Shown piece after piece: positions 11,887 through 24,100 of a stretch of 64,000 nucleotides of DNA. Source of the stretch: Hydrolagus colliei (Eukaryota). Location of the stretch: assembly GCA_035084275.1 (NCBI GenBank), contig CM068756.1:14198001-14262000 (forward strand). The letters run 5' to 3'. The notes beneath the pieces were generated by a model, which was not told where the DNA came from, ran no database searches, and saw only the letters and a list, made by a program, of their open reading frames with translations. Numbering within the stretch: position 1 is the first letter of the stretch; each line of letters starts with the position of its first letter. The position numbers and the translations under genes were made by a program.

Positions 11887-14800
11887 GATGTGATTTGAAA
11901 TCCACTTCCACAATAAATTGTAAAAATACTGATTCTTCCTATTAATAGCAGAGAAAGGTTAAACAAATATGTAAACATAAAACAATAGCGTTCAGCATGA
12001 CTATCGAGTCAGTGGTGCTTTCTCCAACCTGAAATGTTGTTTTAAACATGAAATCCTGTATCTTGGGCAAGCTTCCTTACTACACATGCCTAATAATAAT
12101 CCGTCCAAAAAAAATACTATAACAAATATTGGTCATTTTCAATCCACGACTGTTTGTGGGACACTGCTGTGCGCAATTGGCTGCTGCGTTTCTCCCACAA
12201 AGATTGAGTCAATTCACTTTACAGTATATTCTGTGAAGCGCTTTTAGATGTCGATAAGATGTGAAAAGCGCTTTGTGAAATGTGCAAGGATTATTATTGT
12301 AACTCCGCCTGCAGTCAATAGTGTCAGAAACAAGCCGAACTGGTGGAATATTTCTGCTGCTAGCTCTCTCTGTCCCTTATTGATAGAAATTAACCTTTCT
12401 CTCTAAAGCGCCCACCCACCCTTTATGATACCACCTTACCATCCCATTTTAACATTACTGTTCGTATCCAACATCCTGGCCACTCAACATTGCTCCCATC
12501 TGTTTCCCCACTAAGCCCTAGAAATCCAGTTTGTACCCATCCTGGTCCACCATCGTTACTTGACGACTTCTCTTCCCTCTCCCATCTCTACGATGTACTG
12601 CAGAGTATCCAAGAACTGTATTCTTGACCCCCTTCTTTTTTCACCCCACACGCCAAATAATTAACCATCCCACCAAAAGCTGCAGTTGGTCATTGAAATG
12701 CACGACTGTTTGTGGGACATTGTTGTGCGCAATTGGCTGCCGTGTTACAACCACAAATGTATAGTCAATTCATTTTACTGTATATTCTGTGAAGCGCTTT
12801 GAGACATCCAGAAGACATGGAAAGTGCAATGATTATTATTGCACTCTCTCTCTTTGTGATACTATCCACAGACCAGCAATTAACTTTCACATTGATGTGA
12901 ACGAAAGACAACTCAACTCAACCCCACTGTTGATTCAGGATCTATTTCATTGTCAAGACCTAGATGACCCCAGACTTCCTCTAAATTACTATTGATGAAT
13001 CCCATCCTCCTTGTCTTTTGCAAATATTTCCTTTCTCCTGGAATATACTGTAAAGTGAATTGACTGTATATATGTGGGTGAAACGAGGCATCCAATTGCG
13101 CACATCAAGTGTTCCCACAAACAGTCATGGATTGAAATGACAAATTTATTATTTTTGTGTTTTTGAGGGACCATTATTAGAAGTGTGGAGCAAGGAAACT
13201 TAATCAAGGTTTCACCCTTTACAGTATATAAGGCAATATTTTGCACCACTCATACAAAGTATCAACTATATTAGGCAACTCAGAACAACAACTTGTTCAG
13301 TATTAAAAAAAAATCCTAGTGCAGGAAGAGGGAAAACATAAAATGTGAAACACAAAAATAAATGCTACTTGATATTTGATAAGCTTCTTCAGCGCTTTTT
13401 CTACCCGCAACCAGAATGGAATGTAGAACTTCATTCGAGAAGAACGGCCCGAGAATGCCATGAAGTCACTGCGCAATCACAAGGACCAGGTAGATGCCCA
13501 GTTCATCAAAACAGAGATTTAAAAGATGGCACCTCACTGCATATAGACTCAAAATCTACATGCAACTCCAATATTGTTGGTCAGTCAATGGAAATTAAAT
13601 TTTTTAGTTGTGATCTATCCTTGCCACCCAATTTATTATTTTTATTAAGCTCCTCGAGCACGTCCATTCATGGGAGAACAAAGCTTGTTGTCCTCCTCAA
13701 ACCAAACCGAAGGGATAGAGTAACAATAACATCACTGAGCAGGACCAGGATATTATTGTAAAGGAAAAGTCCAAGCATAGAACTCTAAATGACCTAGATT
13801 TACAGACCCAATTAAATTTGCAGGTAACATCAATTGATAGATAAACCAATGGGATGCACTAAGAGGAAACACAAATCTCCACAAATCCTCCACCCAAACA
13901 GGGTGTTGTGTTATTTGTGGCACTATATAAATATATTCAGAGTCCTGTAGCTCAGTAGTTAGAGCACTTGCCTTACAAGTGAGTGACCTGAGTATCCTTA
14001 CTCCACACATCTAATAATAATCGCTCAAAACAATAATAAATTGACCATTTCAATCCATGACAGTTTGTCGGACACTGTTGTGGGCAATTGGTTGCTGCAT
14101 TTTGCCCAAATAGATACAGTCAGTTCACTTTGCTGTATAATCTATGAAGTGCTTTGAGACGTCTAGAAGATTTAAGAAGCACCATATCAAATGCAAAGAT
14201 AATTATTATTATTTTCATTATTACATTACTCTGGTCAGACGGCACCTTGAATAATGTAATCACTGCGACATAACGGGGCTTCCCAATGCAGTGGAAAACA
14301 ATGAGGATGATGCCCCCATTAGGGGAATATGCCATGAGAGGTGTTTAAAATTGTAAATTGGATTGAAAAAGTCACCCCAGATTAATAGTTTAAGTTGTAG
14401 TAAAACGGCAGAATAAGAGGACATAGGTTTTGAGTTGCAAGGGCAATATCAGAATAGATAGCAGAATAGATTTCTTCACAGAACTAAAATAAGAATAGCT
14501 GGAATAGTTTGGGAGGAAGTTTGGCTGAGGCCACATCAAACACACACAGCTACAACACCACCTCATGCAGTAGGAATGCTGCCGTTCCATAAGAAATGCA
14601 ATATTGTGCCCAGTTTTTACAGCCATTTTGCTACAATAGCCACCTTGATGGAAACATTAATAATCCATGCTCTATCTATAATCTGAGAGCATGAGACTCT
14701 TGCAGTGGAATTTGACGTTTATAAATGCAGCAGAACGATTGGGGTTTTAACTCTTATTTGTTTCATGTTGGGTACATTGTTAGTAGATATACAAAATGCT

Positions 14801-15052
14801 CAATGCTGACACTTCAACTTTTTCACTGTAGTTGACGAACTGCACCACATTTTGTTGCCTCCACCCTCTCTGTTTGTGCTTGAAATCCTCGCCATCCAAA
14901 TAAGCCCCAGTTCAGTGTCATCAGAAGTGAAACATATTTATGTTTTGGAGGGTTAGACTTTATATTCTAGACATTTTGCACAAAACATTCATCAAGGTTC
15001 TGCTCACAAATTGACCTTGATGTTGATATTAGCATTGGGAATGGTTATTGTA

Positions 15053-16267
15053 TCTTCCTGGACCTGTCCGCTGCGTTTGACACAGTCGACCACACCATCC
15101 TCCTCCACCGTCTGTCCTCCGTCATCCACCTCAGTGGGACCGCACTCGCCAGGTTCGAGTCCTACCTCACAAACCGCCAGCAGTACATCTCCACAAATGT
15201 CTTTTCCTCCCGATCTCACACAGTTACCTGTGGGGTACCCCAGGGATCCATCCTTGGCCCCCTCCTTTTCCTCATCTACATGCTCCCTCTTGGGAATGTC
15301 ATCCACAGACATGGGACACACTTCCACATGTACGCGGATGACACCCAACTCTATTTCTCCACCTCACTTTGTGACCCCCAGACCCCTGATGTACTGTCCG
15401 CCTGCCTGTCAGAATCAGGAGCTGGATGAGCTCAAATTTCGTGCAGCTGAATGTTGACAAGATGGAAGCTACACTCTTTGGCTCTCGTCAATGTCTCCAT
15501 TCAGGTGTCTCTCACCTCCTCCACTTTCCCGGTCTCTCCCTGACATTCTCCGAACCTGTGCGCAACCTTGGAGTCAGGTTCGATCCCCAACTGTCCTTCC
15601 TCCCCCACATCAGTTCCCTCACCAGCACCGCCTTCTTCCACCTCTGACGGATCGCCCGTCTCCAGCAATACCTCACCCCAAAAGCCGCTGAAACCCTGGT
15701 CCATGCCTTCGTCACCTCACGGCTGGACTATTCAAATGCCCTCCTCGCCAGTCTCCCCTCCACCACAATCCATAAAATACCACTCATCCAAAACTCTGCA
15801 GCCCACACCAAACTTCGCTCCCCCATTACCCCAGTCCTTATGAGACTTCACTGGCTCCCTATCCCCGAGAGGATCGACTTCAAGATCCTCACCCTTGTTT
15901 TCAAATCCCTCTACTCTTCAGCACCCCCCTACCTCTCTGACATCCTCTCTCCTCAACCCAGCACCCGCTGCCTTCACTCTACCATGTCTAGCCTCCTCCA
16001 TGTCCCCCCAAATCCTCCGCTCCACCCTCAGCAGCCAGGCCTTCAGCCACTATGCCCCAAGGCTCTGGAATTCCCTTCCTCACTACCTTCGTCTCGCCCA
16101 CTCTTTTCTCAGTTTCAGGTCCCAGCTGAAGACCTTTGTCTTCGACCGCGCCTTTGGTCACCTTCCTGCCCCTGCCCCTGGCTCGGTCCCGGGATCCGCT
16201 GTTGTGAAGCGCTCTGAGACGCCATCTGGCGTGGAGGGCGCCATATAAATCAAAGTTGTTGTTGTTG
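15053..16267 (+). mobile_element. 5'-truncated L2 LINE (duplicate at 49267-50481)
   Basis: [29 protein letters not shown]; GGCGCCATATAAAT..(TTG)n tail; empty site in the type C paralog at ~3106. Confidence 0.92.
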
Positions 16268-16269
16268 TA

Positions 16270-17462
16270 ATGTAGCCCTGGATTGAGCAATAGGCCACTA
16301 ACTTGCCGTTTAAGGCTGATCAGTGGTAAGCACTAGGGTCCGGCGATATATCGATATATCGCTAAAACCCGATATAATTTTCATATCGATACGCCGATAT
16401 AGGCATTTCAAAAATATGGATATATCGAAAAATCAATATATTGAGGTAAAAAACTCGGAATACGTGCACACTGAACTACAAGACCCAGAATGCTCATTTC
16501 TATACACAATGCACAGACCGAGGTGCAAAGCCGCCATATTGCATTCATAGTCCTCGAATACAATATACAGGTATGGAAGGGTTGGGGGGGGTGGTGGGGG
16601 GAGGGGGAGGGAGACAGCTGGGAGGGGGAGGGGGGAGAGACGGCTGATGGGGGGGTGGAGGGAGAGAAAGATGGCGGCGGGGGGGAGGAGGAGAAAGACG
16701 GCTGGGGGGGGTGGGGGGGAGAGAGATGGCGGGGGGAGTGTGGGAGAGAGGGATGGCGGCGGGGGGCGGGAGGAGAGAGGGACGGCGGCGGTGTGGGTAG
16801 TGGGGGGAGAGACGGGGTGGATGTGATAATATACAGATAGATAGAGATGGGGGGGATGTGAGAGAGGACAGAGACACAGAGACACAGACGGAAAAACACA
16901 GAGATGGAGAGAGTGGGTGTGAGAGACACAGAGAGAGAAAGATATTTACTTGCTGATGAGATAGGCCTGAATGCGCGTGCACCCCGAATGCACGCGCTGT
17001 GCACGCATGCGCAGTACGAAAACCCCCAAATTATCGATATTTCAGTATATCTCGATATGAGCCCGTCGATATATCTAAATCGGAAAATTTCCATATCGAC
17101 GGACCCTAGTAAGCACATGAGCAACCAAGAAAGTTGAATTGGAGAAAAGAAGAAGCAGGGGTTATTTTCTAGGTGTTTTCCGAATCACTAAGGATATAAA
17201 TAAACTGTCAGCAAATAATATGTTTGATGAAGGAAAGGAATAATGCAGTGGAAATTGATGTTTATCCCTCTAATGGCAATCATACATTCTGCTCGTAGTG
17301 TTACTTTGACTGAAAAATTATCAGTAACTAACAGAAAAAAGGTGCAGATTGTTCCAGTAAAATAACATCCCCCTCCCATGAATCTGATCAGTTTTGACGC
17401 TGATAACAACGCTGCACAAATGTGTAGCCACGTTACATGTTTCTGTGTCTTTGACTTCCTGT
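16270..17462 (-). pseudogene. V pseudogene type D, copy 1, split by a hAT MITE and an L2 insertion
   Basis: MGGGCYFTGTICTFFLLVTDNFSVKVT..FHC..*; paralog of type C with the same lesions. Confidence 0.72.
16334..17108. mobile_element. Non-autonomous hAT element (MITE) with 8-bp TSD GTAAGCAC (duplicate at 50548-51355)
   Basis: TIR TAGGGTCCG(G/T)CGATAT, CGATAT subterminal repeats, perfect TSD at 16326-33 and 17109-16; empty site at ~3160. Confidence 0.92.
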
Positions 17463-20281
17463 CTTGGAGGTTTTCAGGAAATTGAATTCATGTTGTGAGC
17501 GTAATTCGTAATTACATGTAATCATTAAAGCTACGTCAACCTTCTGAATCAGAAGTGAGAGGGCGACCAAATGAGCCAGCCTGATACGCAATGCATAATT
17601 CATGTTGCAGTCATCTGCAGCCTGGAATATCTTTGTTTCCTTGAACAGGTTTGATTCACACAGAATGATCAATACCATTTATTAACTTCAAGTGAACCCA
17701 TGATTACATTTGTACAATTGTGGCAATATATTCAGCCGATCAGTTGATGCCAATAACTACAGTAGGGAAGCCAGCATCTTGAAAACCAGATTCTTGATCG
17801 TAAAATTAGGAGACAAAATATGTCCCAGATTATAATTTTCACTGAGAGCTGTAAACATGGTACAATGTGTCAAATAATGTGGTAAATGTGGGTAAAACAA
17901 GGCAGCGAATTGTGCACAACAATTTCCCACAAATAGTCATTGGTTGAGTGTATATCTATAGAATGTTAAGTCTCAATCATTTAGTCCAATTATTTTCCTA
18001 TGTGCCATTCACACACAGAGTGAATAAATATTCCAGGTACATTGCAATAATATATTGTTGGAACCATACAGAGGTATAATTTAATTTTTAATGACTGTTG
18101 GTATGTAGCTTGCAGTATCAGGACTAAATGTTGCTTTACTTTACCACCGCTGAATACTTACTGGTACAAATGTGGAAGTGATGTGGGTGTCTGTCACACA
18201 GTAACTGCTGCCTCGGGGATCAATATGAATCCTGCTCATTGTGTGTTTTCATGCAATGATTATTCCTACTTGAATCACAATGAATAGTTTGCTCAGCTGA
18301 GGTGGCATCTGAGGTACTCTATCTATCAGCGCCAGAGTATAACCATGTAACCACAATCTAAGTTCCTATTCAGCATCAAAATAAATGACTCATATGCTGT
18401 TTCATTAATCGATTCCACCTTTTGACCACTGGGTGAATTTCTTTCTCTCGCTGAATAATTCTTGTGCTGCTTTTTAAATTTTTTTATAGTACTGTACTAA
18501 TGACTGGGTACATTTGGGGGTTGGTGATTTATGGTCTAAATAAATCAATATTGATTTAATATTGAATTGAAATATTAAACTCTAACGAAGAATAAAGCAC
18601 ACCGATTAATGCATAATAATAATAATCATTGCATTTGATGTGGCGCTTCTAATGTCTTCTAGATAACTCAAAATGTTTCACAGAACTCAGTGGAAAGTGA
18701 ATTGAGTATGTATTTTGTGGGCGTAACGCAGCAGCCAATTGTGCACAGGAGAGTCCCACAAACTAAGGAAACTTCCCCAAAGTTTTACCCTGACCTGCTT
18801 GGAATTGAACCCTCTTGCAAGGCGAGTGCTCTAACCAATAAGCTACAGGATTCCACTATATTTAATGATAAACCCTGGAATCAGCCCTGAATTACTCTTA
18901 TCCCTAGTTGCCAGCGGTTTGACAGCACAGCCCCATCAGTGGCAGCATCATTGAGGATTTACAGAGATTTACAAAGGGAACATTGGTCTGTGAAGGGCAA
19001 TCACCATTTGTATCATTGAATTTGAGTCTTGATTTCAGTCTTGAGACATTGTATGCAACTGACTCAACACATCAATGTGAAAACCTTTTAAGCAACTGCC
19101 TGGAATGTGTGACAATATAAATAGGAGCACAACGATCCTGCTTAAGTGTTCATGAAATTCAATTTAATTTAAACCAGTGAATAGATACAAAAGCATGTTG
19201 ATTAAACACTTTAAAGAAAAAAACAATCTTTGCTTTGATTTCATCAAATGGAACGTTGCAGTGTGACATAGAAACAGATGCAATGAGGCACTTAGACTTT
19301 ACTGATGGCCAATAAAAGGCTTTGTGGTGTGAGAGTGTAACTGTGATACACACACACACATCTATATATGTAGATGGAGATATATGCGTATACGTGTGAA
19401 ATTGCTACACCTAAACAGACATACGCTCCATCAGTTCATGTGTTGCATAAATGGCCTGTGAGTGTGGACAATCGTGTTCTTTATTTAATCAGGTACAGCA
19501 GAGACAAGGGTAAAAAATAAACGTTGCTTCATTTCAGCTTCATTTTGCACATACTTGCATAACGCCCACACAATAACCTTTACATTGTGGCAGATGAATT
19601 GCATCACATTTTCTTAGATAACTGTTAAGGTTATTTACATCAGTTTACTTCTAATTTGAGTCTCTGTTATTGTCATCCAATGAGCCAACATAATACATTA
19701 TAGTGAAACAAAACATTACCCTCACTGTACACACTGAACTGATGTACATTTACTTCCAGCTGCATGTAATAATAATACTTGCATTTGATATCACACTTTT
19801 CATGTCTTCTAGATGTCTCAATGCACTTCACAGTATATACTGTAACTGTATATTTGTGGGTGAAACATGGCAGTCAAATGCTCACAACAGTGTTACTATT
19901 AGACATGTGGAGTAAGAAAACTTGACCAAGGTTTCACCTTGCCTGGAATTGAACCAAGGTCTCTTTCTTGCAAGGCGAATGCTCTAACCACTGAGCTACA
20001 GGACTTTTAAATGTAACAGATTGAGAATTGTTTTTAGAATTGATCACATGCTCTACATACAAATTTTGTAGTCATCAAACCGTATGTTTGTTGTTGAAAT
20101 TGGCTACACAGGCAATGGATGGAAGATAGCTGGAATCAACTAAAGGAGGCTGCTTTTTGTCCAAGAATTCAACTGATGACCAATCCTTAAAATGTTTGGA
20201 TTTCCCAGAGAGAGAGAGAAACATTACTGAACCTTAAACAATCATTAGAATCAAACACAAAATACTACAGATGCTGGAAAT

Positions 20282-20489
20282 CTGAAACAAAAACAGAAGT
20301 TACTGGGAAAACTCAGCAGGTCGGGCAGCATCCATGGAGAAAGGAAAGTGAGTCAACGTTTTGGGTCCACGACGCTTCATCAGAACTCAAACGAAGGGTC
20401 GTGGACCCAAAACGTTGACTCACTTTCCTTTCTCCATGGATGCTGCCTGACCTGCTGAGTTTTCCCAGCAACTTTTGTTTTTGTTTCAG
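20282..20489. mobile_element. Palindromic Penelope-like pLTR remnant (duplicate at 54224-54431; half copies at ~7030, ~41370, ~62790)
   Basis: ~92-bp inverted arms carrying a degenerate CTGATGA..GGGTC-GTG-GACCC..AAAAC hammerhead-like core. Confidence 0.6.
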
Positions 20490-21011
20490 AATCACCATCA
20501 TCTATGGCTGAAGCCCAGTAGTAAGTACTTGGCTAAGCTGTATCTTAAACAAAGCGTAAGAATTCCATTATGGTGTTTAATTTATTTTATTCAATTCTAT
20601 CGTAGAGATAGATTGACCAAATCAAACCCAACACATTAGGTTCGATAAATGTTGTTTATTTGAGATCTACAAAACAGTGTTAGAAACTATTGTAAACTGG
20701 TCCCAGATTTGTATTGGTGTATTTTGTTCCAGTGATATAATAGCTTCATTGATTTTATAAATGATTATAGTTGATAGGACAGCGACATTATCAGATTAGG
20801 ATTGAACAATTTTGAAGGTGAAATTGGATCGAGTTTATAAATGATGGTTAATAAGAATGGAATCGGGAAAAGGGTAAATGATGTCTTTCTGCACTGTCAA
20901 AGCAGTGATACACTAGCAGACCAGACCAGCATTGATACACACACTGTCACTTGTCTACATTGACAGGGATCTGTGACTGACATGCAGAGGTAATTGTCTA
21001 TTATTGTGACA

Positions 21012-21176
21012 TTATGCGGCTCCTGACTCCGTGACAGTGACAGCTTTGTAGTTTCCGACATTTACCTCCGCATACTCTGAATTCTTGCCGCCGGGTTTAG
21101 CTTTTCCTGTTTTTTTGGAGTGAGGGAAATCCAGATCAGCGTAGGTCAGCTTGTCAGTGGCGGCTCCTTGCTTGGT
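21012..21176 (-). CDS. B1 exon 7 (terminal), ITIMs LTYADL and SEYAEV
   Basis: tgttttcag acceptor, phase 0; TKQGAATDKLTYADLDFPHSKKTGKAKPGGKNSEYAEVNVGNYKAVTVTESGAA*. Confidence 0.9.
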   Translation of the reverse strand, partial: TKQGAATDKLTYADLDFPHSKKTGKAKPGGKNSEYAEVNVGNYKAVTVTESGAA

Positions 21177-24100
21177 CTGAAAACAACAATGTTTGGGATT
21201 GTCTTTTTGTTGGTTCCATATATAGATTTACATAGAATGGTACAGGAACTGAGCAGCCGCTGTTTATACTTCACATTTCCTCCATTCTTACTTATTTTCT
21301 TCTATAAATCTCTATTCTTTTCTCCTCGTCTCCGCAACAAGGTTTATGTTATATTATTCCAAACTCATCACCCCATGGCCAATTGGTGAATGTATTTCAA
21401 ACTGAGATATGTAACTGTAGATTTAAGGCTCTAGATCTTAGCGATGAGCTGACAGCTGCTTTGGTTGGTGCAGATCAGTTAATCCTGGAATTCCCGATTG
21501 CTCTATGGGAACTTGAAATCTCAGGATGGCTGGGTCAGTATACACATGATCCTCGTTAATTTATTTGCTGAATTGTTAATTCATATCTAAAGATACAATC
21601 TTAGAATATTATGGCCCAGAAAGTAAGTTTGCTCATCGGACACGTGCTGTTAATTTGAAAGAATTATGTACAGAGTCCAATTTACCTGCCTTTTCTCCAA
21701 CACTCCTTAAAATTCATCTGTTTTTACATATCCCCATTATCTTCAGATGAAGGAATTATGTTGTTTCAACCCAGAAAGGCTGAACATATTCAAAAACCAA
21801 ATGCAGAATACAAATGAGGTATTTGAAGATTGGAGAAGGGGACAAAATCATAACGATCAAACCAATGAAGCCTATTTACCAAACCCGTTCAACATTTTTT
21901 ACATGTTGTTTACCTGGGCGTATACTGTCCTCTCCTCCTGTTGTTTAGTTCTTGGAGTTTTATTGGAACTTTTTAAATCCAATGCTACATAAGCCACGTT
22001 GTCACCCACTGCTCCCTCCCCCGTCTGTAAAACAAAGTATAGAGTTAAATGGTTGTTCAGTTTCCTTCCTAGGTCTGTGCTCTTTGACTATGGTATTGAT
22101 TAAGTAGGGATTTTAGGCGAAACAACGGCTACTGTTGAGTTCAAATATTAATAGCACATAACATCCAGTAAGTAGATCGAGATCTCTCCAGAAGCAGAGA
22201 AAATTATGTTTCCAATTGATTATTTGCCATCCACCAATACGAAAATATGTTGCAGAACTGATTAGATGAATTCAACAAGAATTCTCACTTCAAGTATTAT
22301 CTCTTAAAATATCCTGGGATTAGCCCTGTTGCTAGGCACAGGCCTGACACTGAAGGATTACTCAAAAGGTAAATTACTTGTTTATTGGAGTAACAATTTA
22401 ATCCTTTAAAGGGGAATAAATAGGTCTATTTATTCCTATTAAGGAAAGGTTGAAAGCTTTGCGTTCATTGTCCAATTAAACGTAAACTCTGTCTTGTTGG
22501 GGTGGGATGAGATTATTGTCTGTCTTGTCTTAAACTCTGTCTTGTTGGGGTGGGACGGTATGCTGGCGAATGATAATCAGAATAACTTGGCGATACACTT
22601 CATCATGGTTTATGGGACCATATTATGCGCAAATTGGTTGTAGCAAATAGAGTCGCTACAAAGACAAGGATTAGAAGCATTTTAAGATGATTGGAATTAT
22701 AGGATCCACATTGATAATGAGTAAATTGCTCCATTGGTCACCCAAACTCTTTGGTGAAAAACTTATAATAGTAATAATAATCCTTGCTTTTGATATAGCA
22801 CTTTTCACATCTTCTCGGCATCTCAAAGCGCTCCATGGGAATATACTGCAAAGTGAATTGACTGTATTGCAAACAGCAGTGTCCCACAAACAGTTGTGGA
22901 TTAAAATCACCAATTTTTAGAAACATACCCGTTCTTCAAGATTGCCCGATTGAGTCAGGTTTCCCTTTGATCCTAAATGTGAATAAAATTTACTGAATTA
23001 AATATTTACCCAATTTTAATGTTAACAATAAAATCATGTAATTATCCTACATTTTGCGATGAGTGAAATCCAAATATTCTCCTGCATTATTTACCCTCCA
23101 ACTTAATCTGCATGTCACTCATACTTTCTTAAATCCTTAACACTGTGGGACTCTTTCCGTTGAATATTTAAAATCTGAAACTTGGCGATGGCTAACCACT
23201 ATTCCTCAATTCTTAAGAAACTTGGTTGTTTCCTGCAAGCTGAGCCTTGGTTTCTCTCCTGGGACTTTCAATAACAAAAATATATTTTTAATGTACCAAT
23301 TTCAATGTAATACATTGCTGAATTCCGTTAAACAATAACAAATAACATGTGTAAAGTGCCTTTCACGTCGGGAGGTTGTTTACTGATAAACATACACCTG
23401 GCGCTAATCCCTGCATTTGTTTGAGACCATTCGTCAGTACAGTTACTTAGAAATGCACAGAATTCATCCTATTATAAGGCAGTTGCAATATTGTATATTG
23501 AATCAGATTTCTGACATTGGATGTTGGAAAAGGAGAAATTCTGGGAAACTAACAGTCACCTTGTGAAATTGTTACAGGAATGAATCTGTTGTAATAACTA
23601 CAAGTAATTGATGTGCAATCACAGCGTCACAGAACTCTACTATCATGGAAATAAGAATCAAGTCACTTTGTCTCTTTGCTAATAACCATTGGTGCTTTCA
23701 ATGGTTTTATATCAAGGTGTAATGTTTACAATTAATTGCAATGAAATCAGAATTTTCTTACTCTTTTTCTTCTTTAATTGGCATTGCTTCCCAATTATGA
23801 TCGAAATCACCAGAAATGCGACCACACCCGCAGCACATCCACCCCATAGTGAATAACGGGTTGGATTTTCAATCCCTGGAGAAATAGTATTCACTGAGGT
23901 GAGACTGTACGTTGTGTAGGGGAATGCTTTATAAATTTGGTAGAATAGATATGTTATGCAAGTCATTTATGATTTATACCTTGCAGTGATTTCGAGTAAG
24001 TATTAAGCACGGTAAATTGTTTAAATATGGTCTAATCTTAATCCGTGTTTATTGAAAGAGGAATAAAAATTAGAAGGAGACCATCATTGAAAACATTTTG

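Noticed and set aside
15004-16290. Multiple overlapping ORFs on both strands (also 49218-50537)
   Set aside because: Alternative frames and antisense readings of a frameshifted L2 ORF2
16408-17124. Pro-rich or Gly-rich ORFs of 100-250 aa (also 50576-51371)
   Set aside because: Artefacts of the G-rich interior of the hAT MITE
17320-17379. Precise leader-intron loss (retrocopy) in V pseudogene D: a 17-codon leader is fused in frame to V
   Set aside because: The last ~25 nt (acaatctgcaccttttttctgttag) resemble the intron 3' end of A/B, and the promoter ETS site is retained. An internal deletion with coincidental frame is more likely.
22480-22560. 26-bp direct repeat in B intron 5
   Set aside because: Simple local tandem duplication with only two units; not CRISPR-like
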